Source: Patescibacteria group bacterium (GTDB lineage Bacteria; Patescibacteriota; Patescibacteriia; UBA9934; CAMTUG01). From it: DNA of 57,511 nucleotides. The DNA is taken from the NCBI GenBank assembly GCA_038065815.1, contig JBBTQF010000021.1:1-57511 (forward strand). Direction: 5' to 3'. Position numbers and translations under genes: made by a program. This document shows, one piece after another, positions 9,661 through 19,880 of this stretch. The notes beneath the pieces were generated by a model. The model was not told where the DNA came from and did no database searches. It worked only from the letters and a program-made list of their open reading frames with translations. Positions within the stretch are counted from its first letter, which is position 1, and each line of letters opens with the position of its first letter.

Positions 9661-9689
9661 AATGGCAGGAGACTATCACAAAACGCATT

Positions 9690-10976
9690 TTACGAGTATC
9701 GCAACTCTGGATACAACGGAAACTGATTTGTGAACTCTTGAACTTCCTGTCGAATCGTTTTGAGCTCATCGGCTTTGCTCGAGGACGTGATCGCTCGATC
9801 GATCCAACTCGCGATCAATTTCATTTCTTCCTCCTTCATGCCTCGAGATGTGATGGCTGGTGTCCCAAGGCGAATGCCGGAAGGATCGAATGGCTTGCGA
9901 GGATCAAAGGGCACGGTGTTTTTGTTGACCGTAATTCCAGCGGCGTCGAGAGCGAGTTGAGCTTCTTTGCCCGAGATATTTTTTTTTGTAAGATCAACGA
10001 CCATCAAGTGATTGTCTGTGCCACTCGTAACGAGCTCAAATCCACGCTCCATGAGTGCCGTGGCCAACGCTTTTGCATTTTTTACGATTTGATGTCCATA
10101 CTCAACAAACTCTGGACGCGAGGCTTCTTCAAGAGCAACAGCAATCGCCGCGGTCTGATGATTGTGTGGCCCACCTTGAATCCCTGGGATAATTGCGCGA
10201 TCAACGAGTGTCGGCATGTTAAGGACACTGCGCTCCACTGCTTTGAGCGGAGTTGAGGTGTTGCCGTTACACAGAATCATCGCACCTCGAGGACCTCGCA
10301 ATGTTTTGTGCGTCGTTGTGGTGATGACGTCCGCAATACCAGCGGGCGATGGATGATCGCCTGAAACAATGAGTCCGGCGATGTGTGAGATGTCAGCCAT
10401 CAAGTACGCGCCGCAACTATCCGCAACCTCGCGCGCTTTCTGCCAATCAATGATGCGCGGATAGGCCGTCGCTCCAACAATAAGCAACTTCGGTCGGTAC
10501 TCTTTTGCCAAGTTCATCATTTGATCAAAGTCCATGTAGCCGTTTTTGTCCGACGTGTACTGCACGGATTTGTAATAGCGGCCGGAAAAGTTCACGGGAA
10601 GTCCGTGCGTCATGTGGCCACCGAAGCTCAAGCTCATGCCCATCAGTGTCTCGCCCGGATCAAGCAAGGCGAACATGACGGCGATGTTGGCGGCACAACC
10701 GCTTGCCGGCTGGACGTTGGCGTGATCAACCCCAAATAATTTTTTAGCTCGATCGCGCGCCAAGTTTTCGATCACGTCCACATACTCACAACCGCCGTAG
10801 TAGCGTCCGCCCGGATAACCTTCCGAATATTTATTCGTGCCAATCGAACCGAGCGCCTCAAGCACAGCAACCGAGACAAAGTTTTCTGACGGAATCATCT
10901 CAAGTCCATGTCGTTCTCGGTTGAGCTCATTCTGAAGCGCGATGGCAATAGTTGGATCAGTTGATGCAAGTTTCAT
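9690..10976 (-). CDS. glyA: serine hydroxymethyltransferase
   Basis: LEMIPSENFVS, YSEGYPGGRYYGGCE and TTTTHKTLRGPRG (PLP lysine motif). The start is taken at MKLASTDP; the ORF extends to 11054. Confidence 0.9.
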   Translation of the reverse strand: MKLASTDPTIAIALQNELNRERHGLEMIPSENFVSVAVLEALGSIGTNKYSEGYPGGRYYGGCEYVDVIENLARDRAKKLFGVDHANVQPASGCAANIAVMFALLDPGETLMGMSLSFGGHMTHGLPVNFSGRYYKSVQYTSDKNGYMDFDQMMNLAKEYRPKLLIVGATAYPRIIDWQKAREVADSCGAYLMADISHIAGLIVSGDHPSPAGIADVITTTTHKTLRGPRGAMILCNGNTSTPLKAVERSVLNMPTLVDRAIIPGIQGGPHNHQTAAIAVALEEASRPEFVEYGHQIVKNAKALATALMERGFELVTSGTDNHLMVVDLTKKNISGKEAQLALDAAGITVNKNTVPFDPRKPFDPSGIRLGTPAITSRGMKEEEMKLIASWIDRAITSSSKADELKTIRQEVQEFTNQFPLYPELRYS

Positions 10977-11052
10977 AGTGCGGACATTGTAGTGCGTTCT
11001 GCCAACATTGACAAAGGGCGTCATTTCAACGATCCTTTTAGTTGGAGGTCTC

Positions 11053-11496
11053 ATGGTTCACGAAAAGATCTGGCGGTGCAATGCTCACCTCGGAGAGATC
11101 GAGAGGATGTGGAGGATTTCGCACCACAAGCAGATCGAGATTCCATTCACGCATCTTGAGCGAGCCGTGGTCAGTCTCATGCTCATTCTCTTGAAGGCAC
11201 GCAACGTCTCACGTTCGTTGCACGATAAGCGTACGAATACGCGTCTCGTTTACGAATTGGCGATCGCCTTCGTCATCATCGGTCACGCGCACTACAACAG
11301 CCCATTGGCTTGGCGGTTAAGGAACGATATGTACGATTTTTTGACACTTAAGGGGGCGCGATGGGAGATCGTTCGCGCGCTGAATCTGGTCTCTCCAAGC
11401 GAGGAGATCGTGACCGATTCAGAAATAACGGAACAAAACGCCATATTGGAACCGGTCGAACCGTTCACAATCCTTCATTCCAATAGCAGTAATTGA
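11053..11496 (+). CDS. hypothetical protein
   Basis: The ATG is preceded by GGAGG at -9 and the gene is divergent from glyA. No recognisable motif. Confidence 0.35.
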   Translation: MVHEKIWRCNAHLGEIERMWRISHHKQIEIPFTHLERAVVSLMLILLKARNVSRSLHDKRTNTRLVYELAIAFVIIGHAHYNSPLAWRLRNDMYDFLTLKGARWEIVRALNLVSPSEEIVTDSEITEQNAILEPVEPFTILHSNSSN

Positions 11497-11586
11497 TTCT
11501 GCAAGGAGCTACACTTTCTCGCCCGCGCTATTTTTGCGCGGGCTCCGTCTTTTCAAGATGCCTATTTGTTGATAATCTTTCGTCGT

Positions 11587-12855
11587 ATGATTGATCAGTT
11601 TCAAAAAGTGCATTTAGTAGGGGCTGGTGGGATCGGGCTTTCGGCTCTTGGGAAGTGGTATTTACATCGCGGGGCTCGCGTGACGGGTTCGGATTTGGTG
11701 AGTTCGGCGCAGACGGACGAGCTTTTGGAGTCTGGGGCAACCATCAAGATTGGACAAGGAATCGAGCACGTGCCGGACGATGTTGAGTTGCTCATTTACT
11801 CACCGGCTGTGCCAATGGATAACCCAGAAAGGGCTCGAGCACGAGAGCTTGGCGCGATTGAGATGAGTTATCCGCAGGCGCTTGGTGAGATGGCCAAACA
11901 GTATCGCACCATCGCCGTTACCGGAACGCACGGCAAGAGCACGATTACGGCGATGATCGGTCTGATTCTCGAGACTGCAGGACTTGATCCAACTGTTATC
12001 GTCGGATCAAAAGTTTACTCGTGGCCACAAAAAAATTTTCGTGCTGGTGCGTCAAATCTTTTCGTTGTTGAAGCGTGCGAGCATTTGGCGAGTTTTCTGA
12101 ATATCCATCCAGACATCGCGGTCATTACAAATATTGAAATGGATCATCCGGATTTTTATCGCGATCTCGCGCACGTGCAAGAAACGTTCGCGCAGTTCAT
12201 GAGTCAGGTGAAGGAAAAAGTCTTTTTGGGTGAAAAAGATTTCAACCTCGATGCGCCGCATCTCGAAGGCTTGTCACTCAAAATCCCCGGAGAGTTCAAC
12301 GTCATGAACGCCCATTGCGCCGCCGCAGTCGCCAAGCATCTCGGCGTGGCGGATGAGGTTATAGTGAAGACCCTCAATGCTTTTGAGGGGTTATGGCGTC
12401 GCTTTGAGCGCGTCAGCGTGTGGAGGGGCGCGGACATCATCAGCGACTACGGACATCATCCAACCGCTATCGTGGCGACGTTGAAAGGAACTCGAGAATT
12501 TTTTCCCAATCGTCGTATCGTCCTATGCTTTCAACCGCATCAACATTCTCGAACAAAGGAATTGTTCAACGATTTTGTTCCATCGTTTGATGGAGCGGAC
12601 GTTTTGGTAATTGCAGAGATATATGCGGTTAGCGGGCGCCTCGAGGCCGAGGGAGATGTTTCAAGTGAAGATCTAGTCGCCTCTGTAAAAAAGAGAGATA
12701 ATGAGAAGGGAACCGTTCGCGATATTTTCTACGCAAAGGATCTAGATGAGGCTGAACGCGAGTTGCGAGACATTATTCAACCATCGGACGTTGTGCTCAT
12801 CATGGGCGCAGGGGATATAGACGACGTAGCAAGAAGGTTTGCCTCATATGAATGA
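11587..12855 (+). CDS. murC: UDP-N-acetylmuramate--L-alanine ligase
   Basis: VHLVGAGGIGLSALG Rossmann N-terminus, GTHGKSTITAMI P-loop, and Mur ligase middle and C-terminal regions (DYGHHPT). Alternative start at 11566. Confidence 0.9.
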   Translation: MIDQFQKVHLVGAGGIGLSALGKWYLHRGARVTGSDLVSSAQTDELLESGATIKIGQGIEHVPDDVELLIYSPAVPMDNPERARARELGAIEMSYPQALGEMAKQYRTIAVTGTHGKSTITAMIGLILETAGLDPTVIVGSKVYSWPQKNFRAGASNLFVVEACEHLASFLNIHPDIAVITNIEMDHPDFYRDLAHVQETFAQFMSQVKEKVFLGEKDFNLDAPHLEGLSLKIPGEFNVMNAHCAAAVAKHLGVADEVIVKTLNAFEGLWRRFERVSVWRGADIISDYGHHPTAIVATLKGTREFFPNRRIVLCFQPHQHSRTKELFNDFVPSFDGADVLVIAEIYAVSGRLEAEGDVSSEDLVASVKKRDNEKGTVRDIFYAKDLDEAERELRDIIQPSDVVLIMGAGDIDDVARRFASYE

Positions 12856-13005
12856 AAGCGATCATGAGATTATGTGGATTCCTGCTGAGGATTTTCTCAA
12901 TTCGTCAGCTGCTGATTTTCAGAAGTGGGCTGTGAGACAAGTATCTGGTGAATGAATGTTGACTTATTGCCAATCAAGCCATTTTATGTTAATTTTTAGG
13001 CAGAT

Positions 13006-13341
13006 ATGAATAAAATCATCTACAAAATTGCTCAAGGTTTACGTAAAATAGGTGTGAATTTTGATGAGATTAATGATCCGCGAGTTAAAGCCATGCAAGC
13101 CGCTATTCAAAAGCTTGGTTCGGTTGAGTTCAAAATTGAATTGGAATCCGATGGATCCTGGGTTGCTGAATCTGTTAACATTGATGGAATTATCACCGGT
13201 GGCTCTATGCGTCAAAATATCAACGAGATGATCAGGGATGCTATTTTTACCTATTTCGAGATTCCGCCATACTTGTGTAACGACGCGCTCGTGACGTCTT
13301 CCTCGGAATCTATGGTTCTCGAGCAGCGTGTTTATGCCTAG
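13006..13341 (+). CDS. hicB: HicB-like antitoxin
   Basis: ESDGSWVAESVNIDGIITGGSMRQNINEMIRDAIFTYFE matches the HicB/UPF0150 fold pattern. It overlaps the downstream hicA-like ORF by 8 nt. Confidence 0.6.
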   Translation: MNKIIYKIAQGLRKIGVNFDEINDPRVKAMQAAIQKLGSVEFKIELESDGSWVAESVNIDGIITGGSMRQNINEMIRDAIFTYFEIPPYLCNDALVTSSSESMVLEQRVYA

Positions 13342-13573
13342 CGAGAGTCTGGCAGATGTCACACAAAAAGACTGGATACGTGCCTGCCTCAAACTGGGAC
13401 TACGCGTCGAAACAAAATATGGCAAAGGAAGTCATGTCCTTGTTTGTCACCCGATGGAGGGTATGAAGTACACGTTGCAACGCGATTTACATCGTTTGAT
13501 AAATATCAAGATTTTCAATCAACTAAAAAAGTGGGGATTTAACGAAGAGGAGATCTTAAATGCCCTGCGTTAA
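13334..13573 (+). CDS. hicA: HicA-like mRNA interferase toxin
   Basis: ~80-aa protein. TQKDWIRACLKLGLRVETKYGKGSHVLVCHP fits the HicA (YcfA) pattern ..l.k.Gf......GSH. Confidence 0.7.
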   Translation: MPSESLADVTQKDWIRACLKLGLRVETKYGKGSHVLVCHPMEGMKYTLQRDLHRLINIKIFNQLKKWGFNEEEILNALR

Positions 13574-13594
13574 CATACATTCATTGGACGAACT

Positions 13595-14047
13595 ATGACT
13601 ATGAACACAAAAGCGGTCATCGAGTATTTCGAGTCGTTTCTGAAGCGCGTGGGAGAGCGCAAAGGCGCGCTCCTCAACATTCATTCCGGCGAGGGTGAGA
13701 GCGCGGTAATGTATATGGAGCCGACGTATGAGGTCAGTGAATTTGATGCTGATACAGTTCATGAGAAGTGGCCTTATGCTGACAAAGGGTTCGATCTAGT
13801 GCTGGATATATTTTGCTACGAGCATCAGCGAACAGACGAACAAAAGGCGACATATCGCCGTGAGCTCAAGCGGGTTATGAAGGATGACGGCTTATATTTA
13901 CTCTCGCTTGCTAATAATGAATGGAGGCTAGAGACGAAAGAGGAAGTTGAGCGAGGCTTCTTTCCGAGCTTCGTGCTTGTTGATTACACGCTTGATGCTG
14001 AAAATGGGCCATCGTATATCTTCCGCAAGAACGCATCAGTTTTATAA
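13595..14047 (+). CDS. small class-I SAM-methyltransferase-like protein (tentative)
   Basis: LLNIHSGEGESA is a degenerate motif I. FDLVLDIFCYEH and LKRVMKDDGLYLLS resemble motifs II/III of Methyltransf_11-type enzymes. Confidence 0.4.
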   Translation: MTMNTKAVIEYFESFLKRVGERKGALLNIHSGEGESAVMYMEPTYEVSEFDADTVHEKWPYADKGFDLVLDIFCYEHQRTDEQKATYRRELKRVMKDDGLYLLSLANNEWRLETKEEVERGFFPSFVLVDYTLDAENGPSYIFRKNASVL

Positions 14048-14064
14048 GTACGGCTCTTATTACT

Positions 14065-14931
14065 ATGGATTTTCAGGAAAATATTTTACTTTCCATGCAC
14101 ACAAGTTTTCGCGTTGGAGGACCAGCGCGATGGTTTGTTCAGGTAAAAAGTATTAAGGAGATTGAGGAGGCGATGATATTTGCGAAAGAAAAAAATATAA
14201 CATGGTTTATACTTGGCGGTGGAACAAACACGCTTGTCTCGGATAAAGGGTTTGATGGGCTGGTGATTAAGATGGCAAATCGAGAAGTGAAGATTGAAGG
14301 CGGACGTGTGGTTGTTGGATCTGGAGCCATGACTGTCAATATTGCTCGTATCGCGGCGGACGCTGGTCTGTCAGGACTCGAGTGGGCCGCCTCGCTTCCG
14401 GGAACGATTGGCGGAGCGGTGCGTGGTAACGCTGGATGTTTTGGGGGGGAGATGAAAGATGTAGTCGAGTCAATCAGCGTTCTCCAAAGCGATTTTGTGG
14501 CCGAGCGACGGAATAGTGATTGTAAGTTTGGTTATCGAGATTCGGTGATTAAGCACTCAAAAGAAATTATTGTCGAGGTGACGCTAAAACTTGTTCAAGG
14601 TGATAAAGTGGAGATCAAGAAAAAGATGGAGGAGGTGATGAGCAGGCGAAATACAACTCAACCGATCGCATCTGGCACGGCTGGCTGTGTGTTCAAGAAT
14701 CCACTTGTTGAAGGCAAGCTTATGAGTTGCGGAAAGATTATTGACGACCTCGGCCTCAAAGGAACAAAGATCGGCGGCATTCAAATTTCGGATGTGCATG
14801 GCAATTTTCTTATCAATCTTGGAGGTGCGACCGCAGATGATGTTGTACAGATGATCTCACTTATTAAGACACGTTCGAGGAATGGACTTGGCATTCAGCT
14901 GTCAGAAGAGATAGAATACATTGGCTTTTAA
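14065..14931 (+). CDS. murB: UDP-N-acetylenolpyruvoylglucosamine reductase
   Basis: HTSFRVGGPARWF, ILGGGTNTLVSD, PGTIGGAVRGNAGCFGGE and a C-terminal MurB_C-like region. Confidence 0.9.
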   Translation: MDFQENILLSMHTSFRVGGPARWFVQVKSIKEIEEAMIFAKEKNITWFILGGGTNTLVSDKGFDGLVIKMANREVKIEGGRVVVGSGAMTVNIARIAADAGLSGLEWAASLPGTIGGAVRGNAGCFGGEMKDVVESISVLQSDFVAERRNSDCKFGYRDSVIKHSKEIIVEVTLKLVQGDKVEIKKKMEEVMSRRNTTQPIASGTAGCVFKNPLVEGKLMSCGKIIDDLGLKGTKIGGIQISDVHGNFLINLGGATADDVVQMISLIKTRSRNGLGIQLSEEIEYIGF

Positions 14932-14937
14932 GAGTTT

Positions 14938-15264
14938 ATGCACATTACGATTTTACACGCGAGAAACATCGAGATGACTGAAGCGATTCAGACGTATATT
15001 GAAGAGAAGTTCATGAGCCTTGCAAAGTATATGGAGGCCCTTGAACCTGTTGATAAGTGCGACATCGAGATCGGCAAGCTGACGGAGCATCATCACAAAG
15101 GAAAAATTTTCTTTGCGGAAATTACGATGCAGATCCCCGGCGATCTTATTCGCATTGAGGTGACAGAGGAAAATCTATACGCCGCGATTGATAAGGCCAA
15201 AGATGAACTCAAAGTGAAATTAATTAAAATTAAGGAACGGAGGATTGATGCTCGCAAAGGGTAA
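14938..15264 (+). CDS. hpf: ribosome hibernation promoting factor (RaiA/HPF family, short form)
   Basis: 108-aa protein. The motifs ..MTEAIQTYIEEKF..L.KY and LYAAIDKAKDELKVKL are typical of the sigma-54 modulation/HPF family. Confidence 0.85.
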   Translation: MHITILHARNIEMTEAIQTYIEEKFMSLAKYMEALEPVDKCDIEIGKLTEHHHKGKIFFAEITMQIPGDLIRIEVTEENLYAAIDKAKDELKVKLIKIKERRIDARKG

Positions 15265-15272
15265 GGTAGTCT

Positions 15273-18071
15273 ATGAGCCTCCTCACAAAAGTTTTCGGCG
15301 ACCCGAATGTTAAAGTAATTAAGGAGCTCCGCCAACGTGTTGCGGAGATTTCTGTTTTTGAACAGCAGATGGAGGCGCTTGATGAACAAGGTGTGCTTTT
15401 AAAAACCGAGGAGCTCAAAAATAAGTTTAAGACAGGCATATCACTCGATGGTATTTTGCCCGAGGCATTTGCTCTTGTTCGAGAAGTTTCACGACGCATG
15501 CTTGGACAACGGCATTATGATGTACAGCTCATGGGCGCGCTCACTCTGCATCGTGGCCACATTGCCGAGATGCGCACAGGTGAGGGAAAGACGCTTACCG
15601 CGACCGCCCCGTTGTACCTCAACGCTTTGACTGGTAAAGGCGCTCATCTCGTCACTGTCAACGATTATCTTGCCAAGCGCGACGCAGTTTGGATGGGACA
15701 AATTTTTCACAAACTCGGCCTTTCGGTTGGCTGTATTCAACATGAGGGTGGTTACGTGTACGATCCGCATTTCAGGGCAGTGGGGACAGATGTTACAGAT
15801 GGTGCAGATGGGACAAAAGATAAGGAAGAACGTCAGACAGATTCATTCAAAGTGCAGATGGATTTTCTGCGTCCTGTTGAACGCCGACAGGCTTACGAAG
15901 CAGACATCACCTACGGCACAAACAACGAATTTGGATTTGATTATTTGCGTGACAACATGGCGCCGTCGCTTAAGGAAAAAGTCCAGCGCGGACTCAACTA
16001 TGCGATCGTTGACGAGGTTGATTCGATTTTGATTGATGAGGCACGTACACCGCTCATCATCAGCGCGCCAGCAGAAGAGTCTGCGGATCTTTATCGAACA
16101 TTTTCACAGTTCGTAAAACAGCTTGTGGCCAACGAGGATTACAACATTGATGAGAAGATGCGTGCGGCCACACTCACCGAGGCCGGTATCCACAAAATGG
16201 AGAAGGCGCTCGGTGTTGAAAATCTCTACGTCGCCTCTGGGAGCACTTACATTCATCATCTCGAGCAGGCGCTCAAAGCGGAGACTCTTTTCAAGAATGA
16301 TCAGGAGTATGTCGTCAAGGACGGTGAGATTATTATTGTTGATGAGTTCACAGGACGGATGATGGTTGGTCGTCGTTATTCGGACGGACTTCATCAGGCA
16401 ATCGAGGCCAAAGAGGGCGTCGAGATTCGTAAAGAGAGCCAAACGCTTGCCACCATTACATTCCAGAATTATTTCCGCATGTACGATAAGCTCGCCGGCA
16501 TGACTGGAACGGCGGCGACGGAGGCGGAGGAGTTTGCCAAAATCTATAAGCTCGAGGTGACGCAGATTCCACCAAATCAACAAAATAGACGTCGTGATTT
16601 GCCGGATCGCGTGTATAAATCGCAGATGGGGAAGTTTAAGGCCGTCGTGCGCGAGGTAGAGGAGCGGCACAAAATGGGTCAGCCAGTTCTACTGGGCACG
16701 GCTTCGATTGAGAAAAATGAGATCCTTGGTTTATTGCTGACGCAAGCCGGCGTGCCACATCAAATTTTGAACGCAAAAAATCATGAAAAAGAAGGCGAGA
16801 TCATTGCGCAGGCTGGAAGACCAGGAGGTGTGACGGTGGCAACGAACATGGCCGGGCGTGGTGTGGACATTATTCTTGGGGGAAACCCACCGACGCCCGA
16901 GGACGCGCAAAAAGTGCGAGAATGTGGTGGACTTTGCGTGATAGGCACGGAGCGTCATGAGTCGCGTCGTATTGATCATCAGTTGCGCGGACGCTCTGGA
17001 CGTCAGGGCGATGATGGTTTGACGCAGTTTTATGTTTCGATGGAAGATGATCTGATGCGCATTTTCGGTTCTGATCGCGTGCGCGCGATGATGGATCGTC
17101 TCGGTATTCCGGATGATCAGCCGATTGAGAATAAAATTGTCACTGGCTCTATCGCCCAAGCGCAGACGCGACTCGAGGGTCACAACTTTGACACGCGTAA
17201 ACATCTTCTTGAGTACGATGATGTGCTCAACAAGCATCGTCAGATTATGTACGCCCGTCGCGATGAGCTTTTGCGACTTGCCGATGGTGACGTTCTCGAC
17301 GCGTATCGCAAAAAGATTCTTGAGCTCATAGAGGCAGAGGTTGAACAGGTGGTGAATTTTCATACTGGTCAAACGGTCAGCGCGCCGAACGCGAAGACTC
17401 CAGATGAAAATCCGCGCGAGATTCAAGAAGTCGTCTCAACAATTGTGCCATTGTTAGATGAGCAAAAGAGGGAGCTTCATGATTTGATCACACCGCTCTC
17501 TCGCGATCGTATGAAACTTGCGGAGCAACGCGATGCATTTATTCGACGGGTGATGGACTTGGCGATTGGAGGGTATAACAAGTTTGCCGAGCAAGTACCG
17601 GACGCAAAAGAGCGTATGCGCATTGAACTCTCAATGCTTTTACGCTCGAACGATCATTTGTGGATTGAGCATTTGACGGTGATGCGTGATTTGCGCACCT
17701 CGATCGGACTTCGCGGGTATGGTCAGCGCGATCCACTTATTGAATACAAGCGCGAGGCGATTTTACACTTTGATCGTTTGCAAGATGCGATTCAGGGGAA
17801 TATTGTTTACAATTTTTTCAAAATGACAGCGCATATTGCCAAAGCCAAAGAGGCTCTGGCGCGTATTCCAAATCTGCTCCAACGCGCTGGGGTGACCATG
17901 AGTGGCGCGGTCAAGGAGATGCAAGTAAAATCCTTGCAACCAAACGGAGGCACATCCCAAATAGGCGGGGCTACCACGCCCCGCAACGTGGACGTTGTCG
18001 AAAAAGTAGGTCGCAACGACCAATGTCCGTGTGGGTCCGGAAAGAAGTATAAGAAGTGTCATGGGGCGTGA
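15273..18071 (+). CDS. secA: preprotein translocase ATPase SecA
   Basis: MRTGEGKTLTATAPLYLNAL, DEVDSILIDEARTPLIIS, TNMAGRGVDI, and the C-terminal zinc motif CPCGSGKKYKKCHG. Confidence 0.95.
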   Translation: MSLLTKVFGDPNVKVIKELRQRVAEISVFEQQMEALDEQGVLLKTEELKNKFKTGISLDGILPEAFALVREVSRRMLGQRHYDVQLMGALTLHRGHIAEMRTGEGKTLTATAPLYLNALTGKGAHLVTVNDYLAKRDAVWMGQIFHKLGLSVGCIQHEGGYVYDPHFRAVGTDVTDGADGTKDKEERQTDSFKVQMDFLRPVERRQAYEADITYGTNNEFGFDYLRDNMAPSLKEKVQRGLNYAIVDEVDSILIDEARTPLIISAPAEESADLYRTFSQFVKQLVANEDYNIDEKMRAATLTEAGIHKMEKALGVENLYVASGSTYIHHLEQALKAETLFKNDQEYVVKDGEIIIVDEFTGRMMVGRRYSDGLHQAIEAKEGVEIRKESQTLATITFQNYFRMYDKLAGMTGTAATEAEEFAKIYKLEVTQIPPNQQNRRRDLPDRVYKSQMGKFKAVVREVEERHKMGQPVLLGTASIEKNEILGLLLTQAGVPHQILNAKNHEKEGEIIAQAGRPGGVTVATNMAGRGVDIILGGNPPTPEDAQKVRECGGLCVIGTERHESRRIDHQLRGRSGRQGDDGLTQFYVSMEDDLMRIFGSDRVRAMMDRLGIPDDQPIENKIVTGSIAQAQTRLEGHNFDTRKHLLEYDDVLNKHRQIMYARRDELLRLADGDVLDAYRKKILELIEAEVEQVVNFHTGQTVSAPNAKTPDENPREIQEVVSTIVPLLDEQKRELHDLITPLSRDRMKLAEQRDAFIRRVMDLAIGGYNKFAEQVPDAKERMRIELSMLLRSNDHLWIEHLTVMRDLRTSIGLRGYGQRDPLIEYKREAILHFDRLQDAIQGNIVYNFFKMTAHIAKAKEALARIPNLLQRAGVTMSGAVKEMQVKSLQPNGGTSQIGGATTPRNVDVVEKVGRNDQCPCGSGKKYKKCHGA

Positions 18072-18080
18072 CGCCAGACT

Positions 18081-18719
18081 ATGAAAATTTTTTTTGTTTG
18101 CCTAGGTCTGTTGGCGCTTCTCGGCGCTGGATGCACAACGTCGACAACGTCAAAAATGCCGGATGAGTTTTACGCTCGTGGCTCGTGGCGGTTTGATGGC
18201 GACGAGTCGGTGATTAATTTTGGCGTCAAAGGCGTGGCGATTATCGACATGCATTTTACCCGCCAGACAGCTGATCAGTATTTGATTGACGGCACGGTGA
18301 CCTACAAAGACGAAACGCTAGGCTGTGATATTTTTCCACGCTTCACCCTTTGCCCCAAGAACACATGCGAAGTGGTCGGCACGACCGTGGGCGAACTGAC
18401 TGGAGTGGCCGCCGTACGCGGTTCGCAGTTGGAAATGAGCACTCACTGGCTCACGAAGCCCGACGAATCGGCCACCTTCTTTTGCTCCGACACCATCACC
18501 AGCACCAACAGCGGCTGGGCGGTGTGGCAAACCATGGGTCCGCTCGGTGCCAAAATCGTTGACGAGCCGTGGGGCGTCGACATTTCCGGTTCCTTCATCG
18601 ACGACCTCCCCATTGGTGAAGTCACCGATACCCCCGTCATTTCGGCAAACTTCAACGTCGAAGCCAACGACGTCACCGCCGAAGGCTTAATCGGCTTTTA
18701 TCGCAACAAGCCGGAATAA
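18081..18719 (+). CDS. lipoprotein of unknown function
   Basis: Signal peptide with lipobox LLGAGC at residues 13-18. Confidence 0.55.
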   Translation: MKIFFVCLGLLALLGAGCTTSTTSKMPDEFYARGSWRFDGDESVINFGVKGVAIIDMHFTRQTADQYLIDGTVTYKDETLGCDIFPRFTLCPKNTCEVVGTTVGELTGVAAVRGSQLEMSTHWLTKPDESATFFCSDTITSTNSGWAVWQTMGPLGAKIVDEPWGVDISGSFIDDLPIGEVTDTPVISANFNVEANDVTAEGLIGFYRNKPE

Positions 18720-18881
18720 TTTTACGCTACGTTCCTCTGGAAAATGCTAAGATGTTTCAGTCTCGTCTTGGAGCCGAGATACTGGTACTCCACCACAAAG
18801 GCCATATGGGTGGTGGCGATGGCACAACCGAACTCCCGGAAGCGCTCGAGGTAGTGCTCTCATTCTAGCTATGTTGAATCT

Positions 18882-19529
18882 ATGAAACTTTTGATATTTG
18901 ATTTTGATGGGGTGATCATTGATAGTTTTGGTATTTTGTATCAGTCGGCGCTTGAAGCGTATCCGGACATTGGAAGCGAGGAGGATTTTCGACGTTTGCA
19001 CGAAGGGAACATTTACCAAACGGTGACGGAGCGGGAGAATCAAAACGCCATTACGATTGAGCATCCATTATTCGCCCGTTACATTCCACGTATGCTTGAA
19101 CTACCACCCGTTCTTGGTATGGTAGAACTGGTGCGTGAGCTCACAGACATCTTGCCAGCAATTGTGGTGAGCTCGTGCCTGAACGATCCTATCAAGGTTT
19201 ATTGTAATAAATATGGCTTGGCTGGTTTGTTTAGGGAGTTTTATGGCGCCGATATTGAGAAGAGTAAGGTGTACAAAATGCGAACGGCACTTAAAGCGTT
19301 TGGGCTCGAGTCGAGTGAGGCGGTGATAATTACGGACACGCTCGGCGATTTGCGCGAGGCCGTAATCGTTGGCGTGCCATCCATCGCTGTCACGTGGGGA
19401 TTCCATACTGCGGAGACACTCCGACGCGGTTCACCAGCACATTTTGCCTTTAGTGTTGAGGAATTAAAGAAAATTTTGCTAAACTTAGCCACGGGCCGTC
19501 TCCCGATGACGGCCGCCATCTCCCGGTGA
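18882..19529 (+). CDS. HAD-superfamily hydrolase (phosphatase-like)
   Basis: MKLLIFDFDGVIIDS (DxD motif I), VVSS (motif II) and ITDTLGDLREA (motif IV-like). Confidence 0.75.
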   Translation: MKLLIFDFDGVIIDSFGILYQSALEAYPDIGSEEDFRRLHEGNIYQTVTERENQNAITIEHPLFARYIPRMLELPPVLGMVELVRELTDILPAIVVSSCLNDPIKVYCNKYGLAGLFREFYGADIEKSKVYKMRTALKAFGLESSEAVIITDTLGDLREAVIVGVPSIAVTWGFHTAETLRRGSPAHFAFSVEELKKILLNLATGRLPMTAAISR

Positions 19530-19544
19530 CGGCCAGATTTATCT

Positions 19545-19800
19545 ATGTCAAAGGAATTTGAAACACATATTCTAAACATCGACAAAAACGAGATTGTAAA
19601 AAGACTCGAGGCGCTTGGAGCAAAAAAGGTTAAGGATGTTTTGCAAAATTGAGCTTGCCTACAAGTGCAATCATGTTTCTGGTCAGACAGGCATCGGTGG
19701 TAGCGAAGAAATTGAGATGTACGTCTCTGACATGGAGAAAGTTAAAGAGTTTTTTCTTGCTGACATTCGACATTGATGAGTGGCCGATGATTGGAAGGCA
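19545..19800 (+). pseudogene. decayed CYTH/CyaB-like gene
   Basis: The 35-codon ORF MSKEFETHILNIDKNEIVKRLEALGAKKVKDVLQN* looks like a CYTH N-terminus. Out-of-frame pieces follow (..EEIEMYVSDMEKVKEFFLA.. and ..TFDIDEWPMIG..), interrupted by stops. Confidence 0.45.
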
Positions 19801-19880
19801 ATGAAGGAAATTTGCTTTCCAAAAAACTCTTGATTTTTTTCTTGATATGTGCGATGGTTTAATTATATTTTCTATGGCGT

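Noticed and set aside
12848-12955. A 35-codon ORF (MNESDHEIMWIPAEDFLNSSAADFQKWAVRQVSGE*) overlapping the murC stop, and a weak TTGACT promoter-like hexamer at 12959 upstream of hicB.
   Set aside because: The ORF is too short and has no motif or SD. The -10 partner for TTGACT is poor at every allowed spacing.
16104-17426. Long antisense ORFs inside secA (188 and 231 aa). Similar shadow ORFs lie inside the Cys-rich paralogs (29999..30637, 31958..32656, 36029..36526, 38362..38766) and inside the fused ATPase (53365..54111).
   Set aside because: They lie fully within well-supported genes on the opposite strand, have low-complexity or Arg/Leu-rich composition, and carry no motifs. They are typical shadow ORFs.
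18720-18881. Possible small RNA in the 160-nt gap before the HAD hydrolase gene. It contains a CCACCAC/GTGGTGG hairpin and a CCCGGAAGCG segment reminiscent of SRP RNA.
   Set aside because: I could find no promoter, terminator, closing helix or SRP helix-8 motif. The long minus-strand ORF there (18747..19064) looks spurious. The evidence is insufficient to call a feature.
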